Below, one piece after another: positions 6,839 to 15,159 of a DNA stretch of 60,790 nt. The first letter of the stretch is position 1. Every line of letters starts with the position of its first letter. The stretch is taken from IMG/VR virus record IMGVR_UViG_3300025086_000020; one strand, 5' to 3'. The notes below the pieces were generated by a model that saw only the letters and a list, made by a program, of their open reading frames with translations, searched no databases and had not been told where the DNA came from. A program made the position numbers and the translations under genes. The stretch is from a virus.

Positions 6839-6846
6839 TATATTTG
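6839..6846 (+). promoter_or_regulatory. -7 box TATATTTG at the start of the plus-strand late arm
   Basis: TATATTTG lies 18 nt upstream of the ATG at 6865. A TTG at 6814-6816 is in -33-like position. It sits back-to-back with the minus-strand box. Confidence 0.45.
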
Positions 6847-6864
6847 TCATTATATTTTAATTAA

Positions 6865-7188
6865 ATGCTAGAAAAAAACTATTTAAAGTATTATAGAGAT
6901 ACTCTGTTTTACTTTAGAGATAACTATAGACTGAAGATTTCAGATATAGAATTTTTGTTCTTTGTGTATGATTTAAAGTATTTCACAGGCACTAATATAA
7001 TAAAAGGATATAAGTGTTCAATGACTTTTTTGACTAGAAATATGCCAGATTTACTAAAAAAAGGTTATCTTGCAATATATCAAGAAAGAGCTAGGCACAG
7101 GGCTAGGAAATATATGATCTCACATAAGGGTAAAATAATGATAACTAGGTTCTATAAAATATTAGAACAAGAAGAAGATAAAATATAA
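6865..7188 (+). CDS. Putative winged-helix DNA-binding protein
   Basis: First gene of the plus arm. LLKKGYLAIYQERARHRARKYMISHKGK resembles a MarR-like recognition helix plus wing. The assignment is weak. Confidence 0.3.
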   Translation: MLEKNYLKYYRDTLFYFRDNYRLKISDIEFLFFVYDLKYFTGTNIIKGYKCSMTFLTRNMPDLLKKGYLAIYQERARHRARKYMISHKGKIMITRFYKILEQEEDKI

Positions 7189-7191
7189 AAA

Positions 7192-8109
7192 ATGCCAAAA
7201 GTAGGAAAAAAGAAATTCCCATACACCAACAAAGGTGTTGCTGATGCGAAAAAATACGCAAAAGAAAACGATTTACCAATAATTTGGACTGAAGACGCAA
7301 AATCAGGTATGGCTGTTCCAGGCTATGCTGAAGGTGGTGGTGTAAGATTTTATGAAGCCCAAAAATCACAGGGTGGTGGAGGATTAGACCTTTATCAACC
7401 AACCACTATGTCTGGTATGGGTGTAGGTGGAGGCTCTAAAGGTGCTGCCACTGAAGAGGAACAACAATATGAATCACCAGAAGAAACTACCACAGAAGAA
7501 ACCCCTACTGATGAACCAGAGTTAAATGAGGAAGGAGAACCAATGTCTCCTATAGAAGATAGGTTTGAGAATGAAGAACAAGAAGAGGAGTTTTATAAAG
7601 ATATGCCTGGTGATGAAGATAAAAAAGGTGTTCAGCAATTTTCACCTATAGAAGATAGGTTTGAGGATGATGAGCAAAAAAAGGAATTTTTCAAAGACAT
7701 GCCAAAAGAAGATGACAAAGAGAGTTCATTGGGAAAAATGAGCATTATAAGTGATAAATCTGGAGATAAAGGCGAGGATAAAAGTCCATTAAGTAATATA
7801 AGTATTATAAGTGACAAGTCTAAAGACAAAGGTGAAGGTTTGTTTGCTGGTAGCGATAAAGGTTCTGGTGAAAGTCTTACAGATAAAATAAAAGACAAAA
7901 CCTCTGGAGGTGGAGGTGGAACCAACCCACTTGAAGCCATAAAGGGGAAAGCTGAAGATGTAAAAGATGAGGTTTCAGCTAAGAAAGGAGCTGTGGTGAA
8001 GGTTAATAAGAAAAAAAGAAAACTCAATAAGGGTGGCAAAATGAACAAAAAAGGAATGGCTGTTGTTATAGCAATAGGTAGACCAAAGGTTAACAGAAAA
8101 AAAAGATAA
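7192..8109 (+). CDS. Acidic/Lys-rich low-complexity protein with x-G-G motifs and a C-terminal MAVVIAIGRPK box
   Basis: GYAEGGG and KLNKGGKMNKKGMAVVIAIGRPKVNRKKR (box at 8056-8088). Internal tandem repeats. Confidence 0.6.
   Translation: MPKVGKKKFPYTNKGVADAKKYAKENDLPIIWTEDAKSGMAVPGYAEGGGVRFYEAQKSQGGGGLDLYQPTTMSGMGVGGGSKGAATEEEQQYESPEETTTEETPTDEPELNEEGEPMSPIEDRFENEEQEEEFYKDMPGDEDKKGVQQFSPIEDRFEDDEQKKEFFKDMPKEDDKESSLGKMSIISDKSGDKGEDKSPLSNISIISDKSKDKGEGLFAGSDKGSGESLTDKIKDKTSGGGGGTNPLEAIKGKAEDVKDEVSAKKGAVVKVNKKKRKLNKGGKMNKKGMAVVIAIGRPKVNRKKR
7546..7737 (+). repeat. In-frame tandem repeat with 96-nt period (SPIEDRFE..EFxKDMP)
   Basis: tc(t/a)cctatagaagataggtttgag starts at 7546 and again at 7642. 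Confidence 0.8.
7741..7860 (+). repeat. In-frame tandem repeat with 60-nt period (SIISDKSxDKGE)
   Basis: ag(c/t)attataagtga(t/c)aa(a/g)tct occurs at 7741 and 7801. Confidence 0.75.
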
Positions 8110-8112
8110 AAA

Positions 8113-9822
8113 ATGAAAATCTTAAAAAAATATGAGGAGGGTGGCAGAGCAGAAATGTCACAAAAAGAGAAAGCTGATAGAGCAAAAGCAAAATATGTAA
8201 TGGATAATAATATTGGTTATGATGCTTTAGATGGGGTAAGTAGCTTTAAAGTACAAGAAATATGGGGATTAAACAATAGATATGGTCCAGGATATTTTAA
8301 AGCCAACTATAATGAATCTATGTCTAGTGCAGTTAGAAAAGCTGGAGGAACAGAAGCAGAAGTAGCGAAAGCTAAAGAGCTAGAGCAAAAAAGACAGAAG
8401 TATAAATACTGGAATAACGAGGGGGCATCAAGTTATCAGCAATTTATACCAGATTGGTATAAAGAAGGGAAAAAGAATCCTAATATAATAGAAAAGAAAT
8501 CTCCAGAAAAAGTTCGACCAACAGATTATGAAGAACCTACTGTAATTAAAAGCAATTCTAATAAACAAGGAACTGAAACAAAAACTGAAGAAGCTCCAGC
8601 AGCTGAAGAGGGTGCTGAAGAAACATTAATGGAAAAAGGTTCTAAAATGTTTGAGGAAGGTGGATTAGGCAAAACTCTAGAACGTGGAAAATTAAAAGAA
8701 TCTGTTGATTTAAAAAAAATAGAACCTAAGAAGCTTCCAACAGGAGAGAGTGCCAGATTAAGTCCTCGCCCTGAAAAAATGGAAATGGAAAAGATGGGTG
8801 AAAAAGATGATAGTGTTACTATAAACCCAACAGAAAGAAGTAGAAGAAGACCAGGAATGTCTGAAAAACAAATGGAAAGATTAGACAAGAAGGAGCAAGA
8901 AAAGGCCATGAAAAATAGGGAAAGAGAAGAGGATCAAATGAGCACAATGAGTGATAGAGAAAAAATGGGACACTCTAGAAGAAGAGCTAGAGAAGAAAGA
9001 AAAATGGAAAGGAAACAAATAAGACATGGTAAAAAAGAGGGAAGAAGGTATAAAAGAACAATGAGAAGAAAAGCTAGAGAGGAGAGAAGAAAAGCTAGAG
9101 GAATGGAATATACTTCAGGAAGAAGAATATCCCCAAGAAGATGGTACAAAAACTTAGCATCTAAACTAACTGGTGGTAGAGCTGGTGGTGATGATGGTGG
9201 ATTAAAGGGTTATAAGGAGTTTAGAACTTCTACTACAGACCCTGGGTATTATGAAGATACAAGTGGTCAAGCTTTAAGAAGTAGAAGAGACAGAACAGGT
9301 GGTAAAGTAAAAAGTGGTAGAGGAGTATTTACACAAGAAGAAGGTTCTGTAAAAAGATACAAAGGTACTGGTAGAGATTTAGATAAACAATACGAGAGCA
9401 TGGGTGAAGCTAAAGAAGGTACTATGGTTAATAAATATCCAGGAGGAGGAACTAATTTTATAAGAAGACCATATAATGATGGTGGAACAACATTAGTTAA
9501 AAAGTCTAAAGAAGAGCAGGAAAAAGCAAATCAGGAGGCTACAGCTATGGCTAGAAACTACCAAGAAAATAAGGCTAGAAACCAAAAAGCTAGAGATATG
9601 GTTAAGTCTAGTCAAAATAAATATGTTAAGGGTGGTTTACCTGACGATAAGATGAGCAATAAAACCAAAAAAGCTACAAAAAGGTATATGAAATATGATA
9701 CTAAAATGGTTAAAAGAGGTGATGAGGGTAAATACGAAAACAAACCTAATAAACTTAATAGAAATTTAAAAAAAAGAATGAAACTTACAAAGAATATAGC
9801 TAAAAGCTTTAGAAAAAAATAA
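8113..9822 (+). CDS. Lys/Arg/Glu-rich low-complexity protein with repeated x-G-G motifs (569 aa)
   Basis: KKYEEGG, MFEEGGLG, KYPGGGT, YNDGGTT and KYVKGGL. Includes an Arg-rich block RRRAREERKMERK...RRKAREERRKARG. Confidence 0.55.
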   Translation: MKILKKYEEGGRAEMSQKEKADRAKAKYVMDNNIGYDALDGVSSFKVQEIWGLNNRYGPGYFKANYNESMSSAVRKAGGTEAEVAKAKELEQKRQKYKYWNNEGASSYQQFIPDWYKEGKKNPNIIEKKSPEKVRPTDYEEPTVIKSNSNKQGTETKTEEAPAAEEGAEETLMEKGSKMFEEGGLGKTLERGKLKESVDLKKIEPKKLPTGESARLSPRPEKMEMEKMGEKDDSVTINPTERSRRRPGMSEKQMERLDKKEQEKAMKNREREEDQMSTMSDREKMGHSRRRAREERKMERKQIRHGKKEGRRYKRTMRRKAREERRKARGMEYTSGRRISPRRWYKNLASKLTGGRAGGDDGGLKGYKEFRTSTTDPGYYEDTSGQALRSRRDRTGGKVKSGRGVFTQEEGSVKRYKGTGRDLDKQYESMGEAKEGTMVNKYPGGGTNFIRRPYNDGGTTLVKKSKEEQEKANQEATAMARNYQENKARNQKARDMVKSSQNKYVKGGLPDDKMSNKTKKATKRYMKYDTKMVKRGDEGKYENKPNKLNRNLKKRMKLTKNIAKSFRKK

Positions 9823-9837
9823 AAATAATAATATATT

Positions 9838-10122
9838 ATGGCAAAAGAGGTATCAGAAGAATCAAAATTTGAGTTAAGTCTAAAAACTATAGGAGGTATG
9901 GCTTTTATGATATTTAGTCTTGTAAGTATGTGGTTTATGCTTCAAGCAGATATTGCTGAAGCTAAGGAATTGCCTATTCCTCCAGACCCAGAGGTTACTA
10001 AAATGGAATTTGAGATGAAAGATAAGATGGTTAGACAAACAATATTAACAACACAAGAAGATGTTAAGGAGATAAAAGAGGATATGAAATATCTTAGAGA
10101 AAAAATAGACGAAATGAAATGA
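9838..10122 (+). CDS. Single-pass membrane protein with a coiled-coil tail (94 aa)
   Basis: TM segment GGMAFMIFSLVSMWFML followed by a charged helical region. The 4-nt ATGA overlap with the next gene suggests translational coupling. Confidence 0.5.
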   Translation: MAKEVSEESKFELSLKTIGGMAFMIFSLVSMWFMLQADIAEAKELPIPPDPEVTKMEFEMKDKMVRQTILTTQEDVKEIKEDMKYLREKIDEMK

Positions 10123-10511
10123 AATATTTGGATTTAAAATTATTATTACTTTTTATTATTGTTATATTTGTTAGTTCAAAAATTTCTGCTCAGGACTTTT
10201 TATCTGTAGATAATTTTACTGATAAAACAGCTAAAGACATTGTTGCAGTAGAATTTTGGGTTGAATGGAACTCGTCTAATGAGTTTTCTGAATTTGTAGA
10301 ACTTAATGATTGTGAGAAGTATAGGGTTGATATAGGTAAGTATCCTGAATTACAGAAAAAGTATGAGGTCACTTGCATACCTACTGTTATTATATTTGAG
10401 AGTGGAGAAGAGAAACAGAGGTTTAAGGCAAATATAATGTTTCAACTAGAAGCAAGTAAAAAAGATGTTCAAAAAAGTATTGATAAAATAATGTTAGCAA
10501 AATTTAATTAG
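10119..10511 (+). CDS. Signal-peptide thioredoxin-fold protein lacking the CxxC active site
   Basis: VAVEFWVEWNSSNEF aligns to VDFWAxWCGPC. YRVDIGKYPELQKKYEVTCIPTVIIFESGEE aligns to the Trx cis-Pro region. N-terminal LLLLFIIVIFVSSKISAQ is signal-like. Confidence 0.65.
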   Translation: MKYLDLKLLLLFIIVIFVSSKISAQDFLSVDNFTDKTAKDIVAVEFWVEWNSSNEFSEFVELNDCEKYRVDIGKYPELQKKYEVTCIPTVIIFESGEEKQRFKANIMFQLEASKKDVQKSIDKIMLAKFN

Positions 10512-10513
10512 TT

Positions 10514-10687
10514 ATGAATTGGATTAATTCTTGGAAAGCTGGAAATAAGAAAGAAAAATATGGTGTGTCTATAAGGCTTGGCACTATAACTGTATTTGAA
10601 TTAAAGTATTGTATTTGTAACACTTGTGAAAAAACAAGCTGTGCAAGATTTAGATTTATGGTATTAAACTTTGGAGTAGAAATTTAG
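10514..10687 (+). CDS. Unlisted small ORF (57 aa), Cys-containing
   Basis: ATG at 10514 to TAG at 10685-10687 exactly fills the gap between two genes. It falls below the 60-aa track cutoff. Confidence 0.35.
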   Translation: MNWINSWKAGNKKEKYGVSIRLGTITVFELKYCICNTCEKTSCARFRFMVLNFGVEI

Positions 10688-10690
10688 AAT

Positions 10691-12712
10691 ATGGCAACAT
10701 TAAGTGGACAAACTATAGCAAATAGATTTTCTAGTTTATTAAAAACAGCTAGTGACAGCACTTTATCTTCATCATTAACTGCTATTGAAGATGGTGCTGG
10801 TAACGATAGTGATTTGTCTATAGCAACTAATAAAGTTAAAGTTGGAACAAATCTATCTATAGGAACTACTAACGTAAATGCTAAACTAGACATTAATGCA
10901 GGAACTAGCCAAGCTATTGCTGTTGATAATGGTAATGCATCTTTTCTTGTTGGTAAAGGTAGTCAATTTGCTTTCTGTATTGGAGACTGCAATCCAGTTG
11001 GTACAGTTGGTGGTGGTACATCTAGTACAGCTGCTCAAGCACAGTCTAACTACATATCTAGTAATCCAGCAGCTCACTCTAATAAGGGTCAAATAACAAT
11101 AATGAATGGGGCTTCTGCAGGAACAGGTGCTATTGGTATAGGTCAAGACAGTCCTGCTAATGGTATAATCCATATTGGTGATGGTGATAAAAACACCTAC
11201 ATTGAAGCAAGAAGCACCACTGAAGCTTTTACTGTATTTGCAAATAGTGAAAAATTATTATCTATTGATGGTTCCAACAAAAGAGTTGGTTTAGGAGAGG
11301 ATGTTTCAAATCCTGCCCACACTGTAGAAATAAGAGAGACAGGCAGTGCTAAAGCTAACACAGATATATTAGCAATCACTAATAAAACTAATGCTGCTGA
11401 CATGGATGACACCAAGGGTAGCATCTTGTTTAATCAGTATTATTACGATGCATCAACACCTGCAGTAGAAACAGCAGCTAGAATTACTGCTGGTACAGAA
11501 ACAGATTGGACATCAACTGCTTCAACAAGAGATGCTTATTTAGCTTTTGCTACCACTGTTAATGGTGTTGATCCAGCAGAAAGAATGAGAATAACAAGTG
11601 CTGGTAATGTTGGTATTGGTAATACTAGCCCATCAGTAGCACTTCATGTAACAGGAGATATAACAGCTTCAGGAACAATTACTGGAGGTTCGTTTATTGG
11701 AGATTCTGCTAAATATAAATTAGAAGAATATTTTGCACAAAAACCAGGAATTAATGCTGACTTAGCAAACACTTCTGAGGCAACTAGGGTAATTGCTAAT
11801 AGAAATTTTGAAATACAGGGAACAAATTCTACCTCTGCTTTATGCACTTTTGACACTAATAATGTAGGAGTGCTATTAACAACAGATACTGCAAGTGGTG
11901 ATGAAATGATTATAATGCCTCATGCTGACACAAATCAGTCTGCTTGGTATAACACTAAATGGGGTGTTGCTGATGGACTTGTTTGGGAGTGTGCTATAAC
12001 AACACCAGCAAATATAGCTGATTGTAGGTATCATTTAGGTTTATTTACTGGAACTGCTTTACTTGACGCAGCTCACACAGCAACTACATTGACAGACCAA
12101 GCTTTTTTCTATTATGATGCTGCTGACACAACACTTCCTAATCAGTCTGATAACACTAAGTGGCACTTTGTTTATTCTAATAATGGAACAGATTATGTAA
12201 CAAAAGTTCCTGTAACTGTTGAGGCATCAACAACATATAGATTTAAAATAGAAATTAACGCTTCTACTTATAAACCAAAAATATACATAAACGATGTTCA
12301 ATATGGTTTAACACTATTTGGAGTAGCTGGAGCAACTGGTGGAACTGGTGTGGCAATAAATAATGGTGCTGGTTATGGAACATCAGGAAGTTCTACTGCA
12401 ATGACAGTAGATACTGTAGATGCTACAACTGTGATTGTTGTTGGAGACACTCTGGCAGATTCAGGTGGAAATATAATTGGAACAGTAACTGCTGTAGCAG
12501 CTACAACTGTGACAGTCAGTTCAGTTTTACACGCAGTGGTTGATGACGAAATTCTTTATGTTTTTGGAAGTCTAGCAGCATCCTCAACAACAGAAGGGGC
12601 AGCAATGCTTAACACTGCTCATCTTGGACCACAAATAGGTGTTGCCACTAGAACTACAGCAGCAAAGGCATTGAATGTTCATTATCAAAAAATAAGTAGA
12701 AATTTAACATAG
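10691..12712 (+). CDS. Tail-fibre or receptor-binding-like protein (673 aa)
   Basis: G/S/T/A/N-rich. GNVGIGNTSPSVALHVTGDITASG is a motif frequent in fibre-like proteins. Carries a VGD module at 12431-12520. Confidence 0.45.
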   Translation: MATLSGQTIANRFSSLLKTASDSTLSSSLTAIEDGAGNDSDLSIATNKVKVGTNLSIGTTNVNAKLDINAGTSQAIAVDNGNASFLVGKGSQFAFCIGDCNPVGTVGGGTSSTAAQAQSNYISSNPAAHSNKGQITIMNGASAGTGAIGIGQDSPANGIIHIGDGDKNTYIEARSTTEAFTVFANSEKLLSIDGSNKRVGLGEDVSNPAHTVEIRETGSAKANTDILAITNKTNAADMDDTKGSILFNQYYYDASTPAVETAARITAGTETDWTSTASTRDAYLAFATTVNGVDPAERMRITSAGNVGIGNTSPSVALHVTGDITASGTITGGSFIGDSAKYKLEEYFAQKPGINADLANTSEATRVIANRNFEIQGTNSTSALCTFDTNNVGVLLTTDTASGDEMIIMPHADTNQSAWYNTKWGVADGLVWECAITTPANIADCRYHLGLFTGTALLDAAHTATTLTDQAFFYYDAADTTLPNQSDNTKWHFVYSNNGTDYVTKVPVTVEASTTYRFKIEINASTYKPKIYINDVQYGLTLFGVAGATGGTGVAINNGAGYGTSGSSTAMTVDTVDATTVIVVGDTLADSGGNIIGTVTAVAATTVTVSSVLHAVVDDEILYVFGSLAASSTTEGAAMLNTAHLGPQIGVATRTTAAKALNVHYQKISRNLT

Positions 12713-12718
12713 AATAAA

Positions 12719-13189
12719 ATGGCAGACTTAAGAGTAACATTAACAGAAGATTTATCACTAAAAGGACACCAATATGGTGGAGAGAAGTCATTTACAATAT
12801 CAAGTATAGCAGATGTATATAAAAGGATAGTAACAGTTCCAGCGTCAGTAGACACCACCCTTGTTAGTTTTAAGGATACAGTAGGTGGGGCAGATAGTGC
12901 GATGGATATTCAAAATGTAAAATATATAAGAGTAACCAACTTAGATAGTTCTAATTCAGTTCACTTATCTTTACAAATAGATAATGATGAAGATGATAGT
13001 GCAGCAGATGAGTCTGCAACTATTTTATTAGAAGCAGGTAAAAGCTTTATTCTTGGTGCACCACATGACTCTGTGTGTGTTAATGACACAAATGCAAATA
13101 TAGATGTTACTTTGCATGATTTAGAAAGTATCTTAGTGGACAGTAGTGCTAACGCTGTTAAAGTGGAGGTTTTAGTAGCTAGTGCATAA
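12719..13189 (+). CDS. Hypothetical protein downstream of the fibre-like gene (156 aa)
   Basis: ORF followed by a strong terminator. No motif recognised. Confidence 0.5.
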   Translation: MADLRVTLTEDLSLKGHQYGGEKSFTISSIADVYKRIVTVPASVDTTLVSFKDTVGGADSAMDIQNVKYIRVTNLDSSNSVHLSLQIDNDEDDSAADESATILLEAGKSFILGAPHDSVCVNDTNANIDVTLHDLESILVDSSANAVKVEVLVASA

Positions 13190-13212
13190 CTATGTTCATA
13201 ACTTATTAGAAT

Positions 13213-13240
13213 AAGGCTACTTTTTGTAGCCTTTTTTTTT
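13213..13240 (+). terminator. Rho-independent terminator
   Basis: AAGGCTAC-TTTTT-GTAGCCTT hairpin followed by a T run through 13240. Confidence 0.8.
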
Positions 13241-13270
13241 GTATATTTATAGAAATTTAATTTAATATAT

Positions 13271-13672
13271 ATGACAACAGAAGACTTAATAATAAAGGTT
13301 ACTGACGAAATGAAGGACCTTTTAATCGAAAAAAACAGGGCATATGGAGACAGTGCCACCAATCCATCAAATGTATTCTCATCAGGTTCACCAATAGATT
13401 CTTTATGTGCACGTATAGACGATAAGCTTATGCGTATACAAAATAAGGGAATTAATGATAAAACAGAAGATACAGTATCAGACCTTATTGGGTATCTTAT
13501 TTTATTGAAGGTGGCTTTGTATAAAGAAAAAAATAGTGAATATGATATGTTTAAAGAAACGATAGAAAATGGTGGACATGTTAATATAAATGGTTCGCCT
13601 ATATCAACTGTAGAACATCTTCAGGTTCATTATGATAACATAGATGATTATGACAATGAGGAGGAAAACTAA
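13271..13672 (+). CDS. DUF1599-like all-alpha protein (family name from memory)
   Basis: NRAYGDS...PIDSLCARIDDKLMRIQN...EDTVSDLIGYLILL matches the pattern I recall for DUF1599 / MazG-like helical proteins. Confidence 0.4.
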   Translation: MTTEDLIIKVTDEMKDLLIEKNRAYGDSATNPSNVFSSGSPIDSLCARIDDKLMRIQNKGINDKTEDTVSDLIGYLILLKVALYKEKNSEYDMFKETIENGGHVNINGSPISTVEHLQVHYDNIDDYDNEEEN

Positions 13673-13961
13673 AATAAAAAAAATATTAAAAGATTTGGAA
13701 TCTTTAAAAGGGGATTCTAATATAAGGTTTGCTTTTTCTTATGTAGAAATGGGAAAAACATTAAATGATTTAGATGCTGAAGTTATGCACAACATACAAG
13801 ATGACCTTTGTTCAGAAACTCTTTTATATGTAATAGAGGATAAGATTTTTGAAAATCTAAATGGAGAACAGACAATAGATGATCTTATTGAAGAAAAAGA
13901 GACTATGGCCAAACTACATATGTTTAATTTATTTAATAAAGGAAAAAAATATAAAGCGTAA
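13644..13961 (+). CDS. Hypothetical protein; the true start is probably the ATG at 13656
   Basis: The ORF overlaps the upstream gene. The internal ATG at 13656 gives a shorter 17-nt overlap. Confidence 0.45.
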   Translation: MIMTMRRKTKIKKILKDLESLKGDSNIRFAFSYVEMGKTLNDLDAEVMHNIQDDLCSETLLYVIEDKIFENLNGEQTIDDLIEEKETMAKLHMFNLFNKGKKYKA

Positions 13962-14233
13962 TGGAATTAATAAATGGAATAATAAGAAAAGTTACTGTAG
14001 GTGACATTAAAGATGGTATAACATATGTTGTTGGTCAACCTATAATGAGGGGACAAGCAAAAATCACAGCCATAGTACAAGATGATATGTATTTTTACAA
14101 ATACAATATGTTAAAGTTTAATGTGTTTATAAAAATGAAAAACGAAGAAGAATCAGAATTATGGAAATCATTTTTTAAAATAACAGGAGTAGAATACAAT
14201 TTAGATTATAAAGAAGAATATCAAGTTAATTAA
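13961..14233 (+). CDS. Hypothetical protein (90 aa)
   Basis: Tightly packed ORF with a TAATG stop/start overlap. Confidence 0.5.
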   Translation: MELINGIIRKVTVGDIKDGITYVVGQPIMRGQAKITAIVQDDMYFYKYNMLKFNVFIKMKNEEESELWKSFFKITGVEYNLDYKEEYQVN

Positions 14234-14234
14234 T

Positions 14235-14885
14235 ATGAAAATACCAAAAAATTATTTTTTAGTTCAAGTTGAGAAAGCTTATGATGATACCATAGAATTT
14301 AATGGTAGAGAAGTTTTTTTAGATATTAAATTTGACCCATATAAATTTGCCAGACAATATGGTGTTGTTTATGAAACACCCAGATGGTTACCAAAAGGTT
14401 TAGAGTTTGATGTCAAAAAAGGTGATAAAATATATTTTCACCATCTTATTACTGCAGCCAAAGGAGGAGTTACTATAGATAAGAAGTTCTCAAATGAATC
14501 TGGACAGGATTACAAAAGTGCAAACCTTGTAGACTGGGTAGAAGAAGAGAATGTATATAAGGTTCATTGGCAACAGATATATGCAAGAGTAAGAAAGGGT
14601 AAGTTAAAAATGTTACACCATTGGAATTTTGTTAAACAAAAGGTTGAGAGTGAAGATAATATAAAAACAAAGTCAGGTATATTTTTTAAACCTGAAGTTG
14701 AAGATATTACACTTCATGGTACTATTATCCATATGAATGATTGGTTAAAAAATCAAGGTGTTAAAACTGGTGATGAGATTGTTTTCTCAGAAAACTCTGA
14801 GTATGACATGACTATAGAGGGAGAGAAACTTCTTAGAATGAGAAATGAAGATATATTAGCGTTGGTTCAAAATGAAAGAAAGTAA
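14235..14885 (+). CDS. Tandem (double) GroES/Cpn10-like co-chaperonin
   Basis: The second half, NFVKQKVESEDNIKTKSGIFF...HGTIIHMN...GVKTGDEIVFSENSEYDMTIEGEKLLRMRNEDILALV, aligns along its length to GroES (VKVGDIVIF...EVLIMSESDILAIVE). The first half repeats the pattern: FLVQVEK...GVVYE...VKKGDKIYFHH...VYKVHWQQIYARV. Confidence 0.6.
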   Translation: MKIPKNYFLVQVEKAYDDTIEFNGREVFLDIKFDPYKFARQYGVVYETPRWLPKGLEFDVKKGDKIYFHHLITAAKGGVTIDKKFSNESGQDYKSANLVDWVEEENVYKVHWQQIYARVRKGKLKMLHHWNFVKQKVESEDNIKTKSGIFFKPEVEDITLHGTIIHMNDWLKNQGVKTGDEIVFSENSEYDMTIEGEKLLRMRNEDILALVQNERK

Positions 14886-15156
14886 CAAGTCATATGTACA
14901 AAGAACACTACAAGACCTTATAGACTCCTCTAAGGAGGCTGTAGCTATATTAATAAATGATATAAGAACACCTTTAGACCCAGATTTGTCTGATGAAAAA
15001 AGAAGAAACGCAATAAAAGCTAAGAAAGAGTGTTTTTTAGATGCTCAAGAAATACTTATAGGTATATCTAAACTGGAAACTCAAATAACAGAAGGAGAAT
15101 TTAAAGAAGAAAAAGATTTTGAAAAAGGTTTAGCAGAGAAATTTGCAAAACGATAA
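14872..15156 (+). CDS. Hypothetical helical protein; small terminase candidate by position only
   Basis: 94-aa charged helical ORF immediately upstream of the large terminase. Confidence 0.3.
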   Translation: MKESNKSYVQRTLQDLIDSSKEAVAILINDIRTPLDPDLSDEKRRNAIKAKKECFLDAQEILIGISKLETQITEGEFKEEKDFEKGLAEKFAKR

Positions 15157-15159
15157 TAT

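Noticed and set aside
7145-9149. Minus-strand ORFs 7145..7402, 7632..8048, 8526..8909 and 8934..9149
   Set aside because: They are the Leu/Ser/Phe-rich complements of the Lys/Glu-rich genes 7192..8109 and 8113..9822, and so are shadow ORFs.
10190-13362. ORFs 10190..10378, 10684..10893, 10886..11173, 10896..11096, 11197..11424, 11644..11856 and 12961..13362
   Set aside because: They overlap the long fibre-like gene, its neighbours and the terminator. The long plus-strand frames are uninterrupted and tightly coupled.
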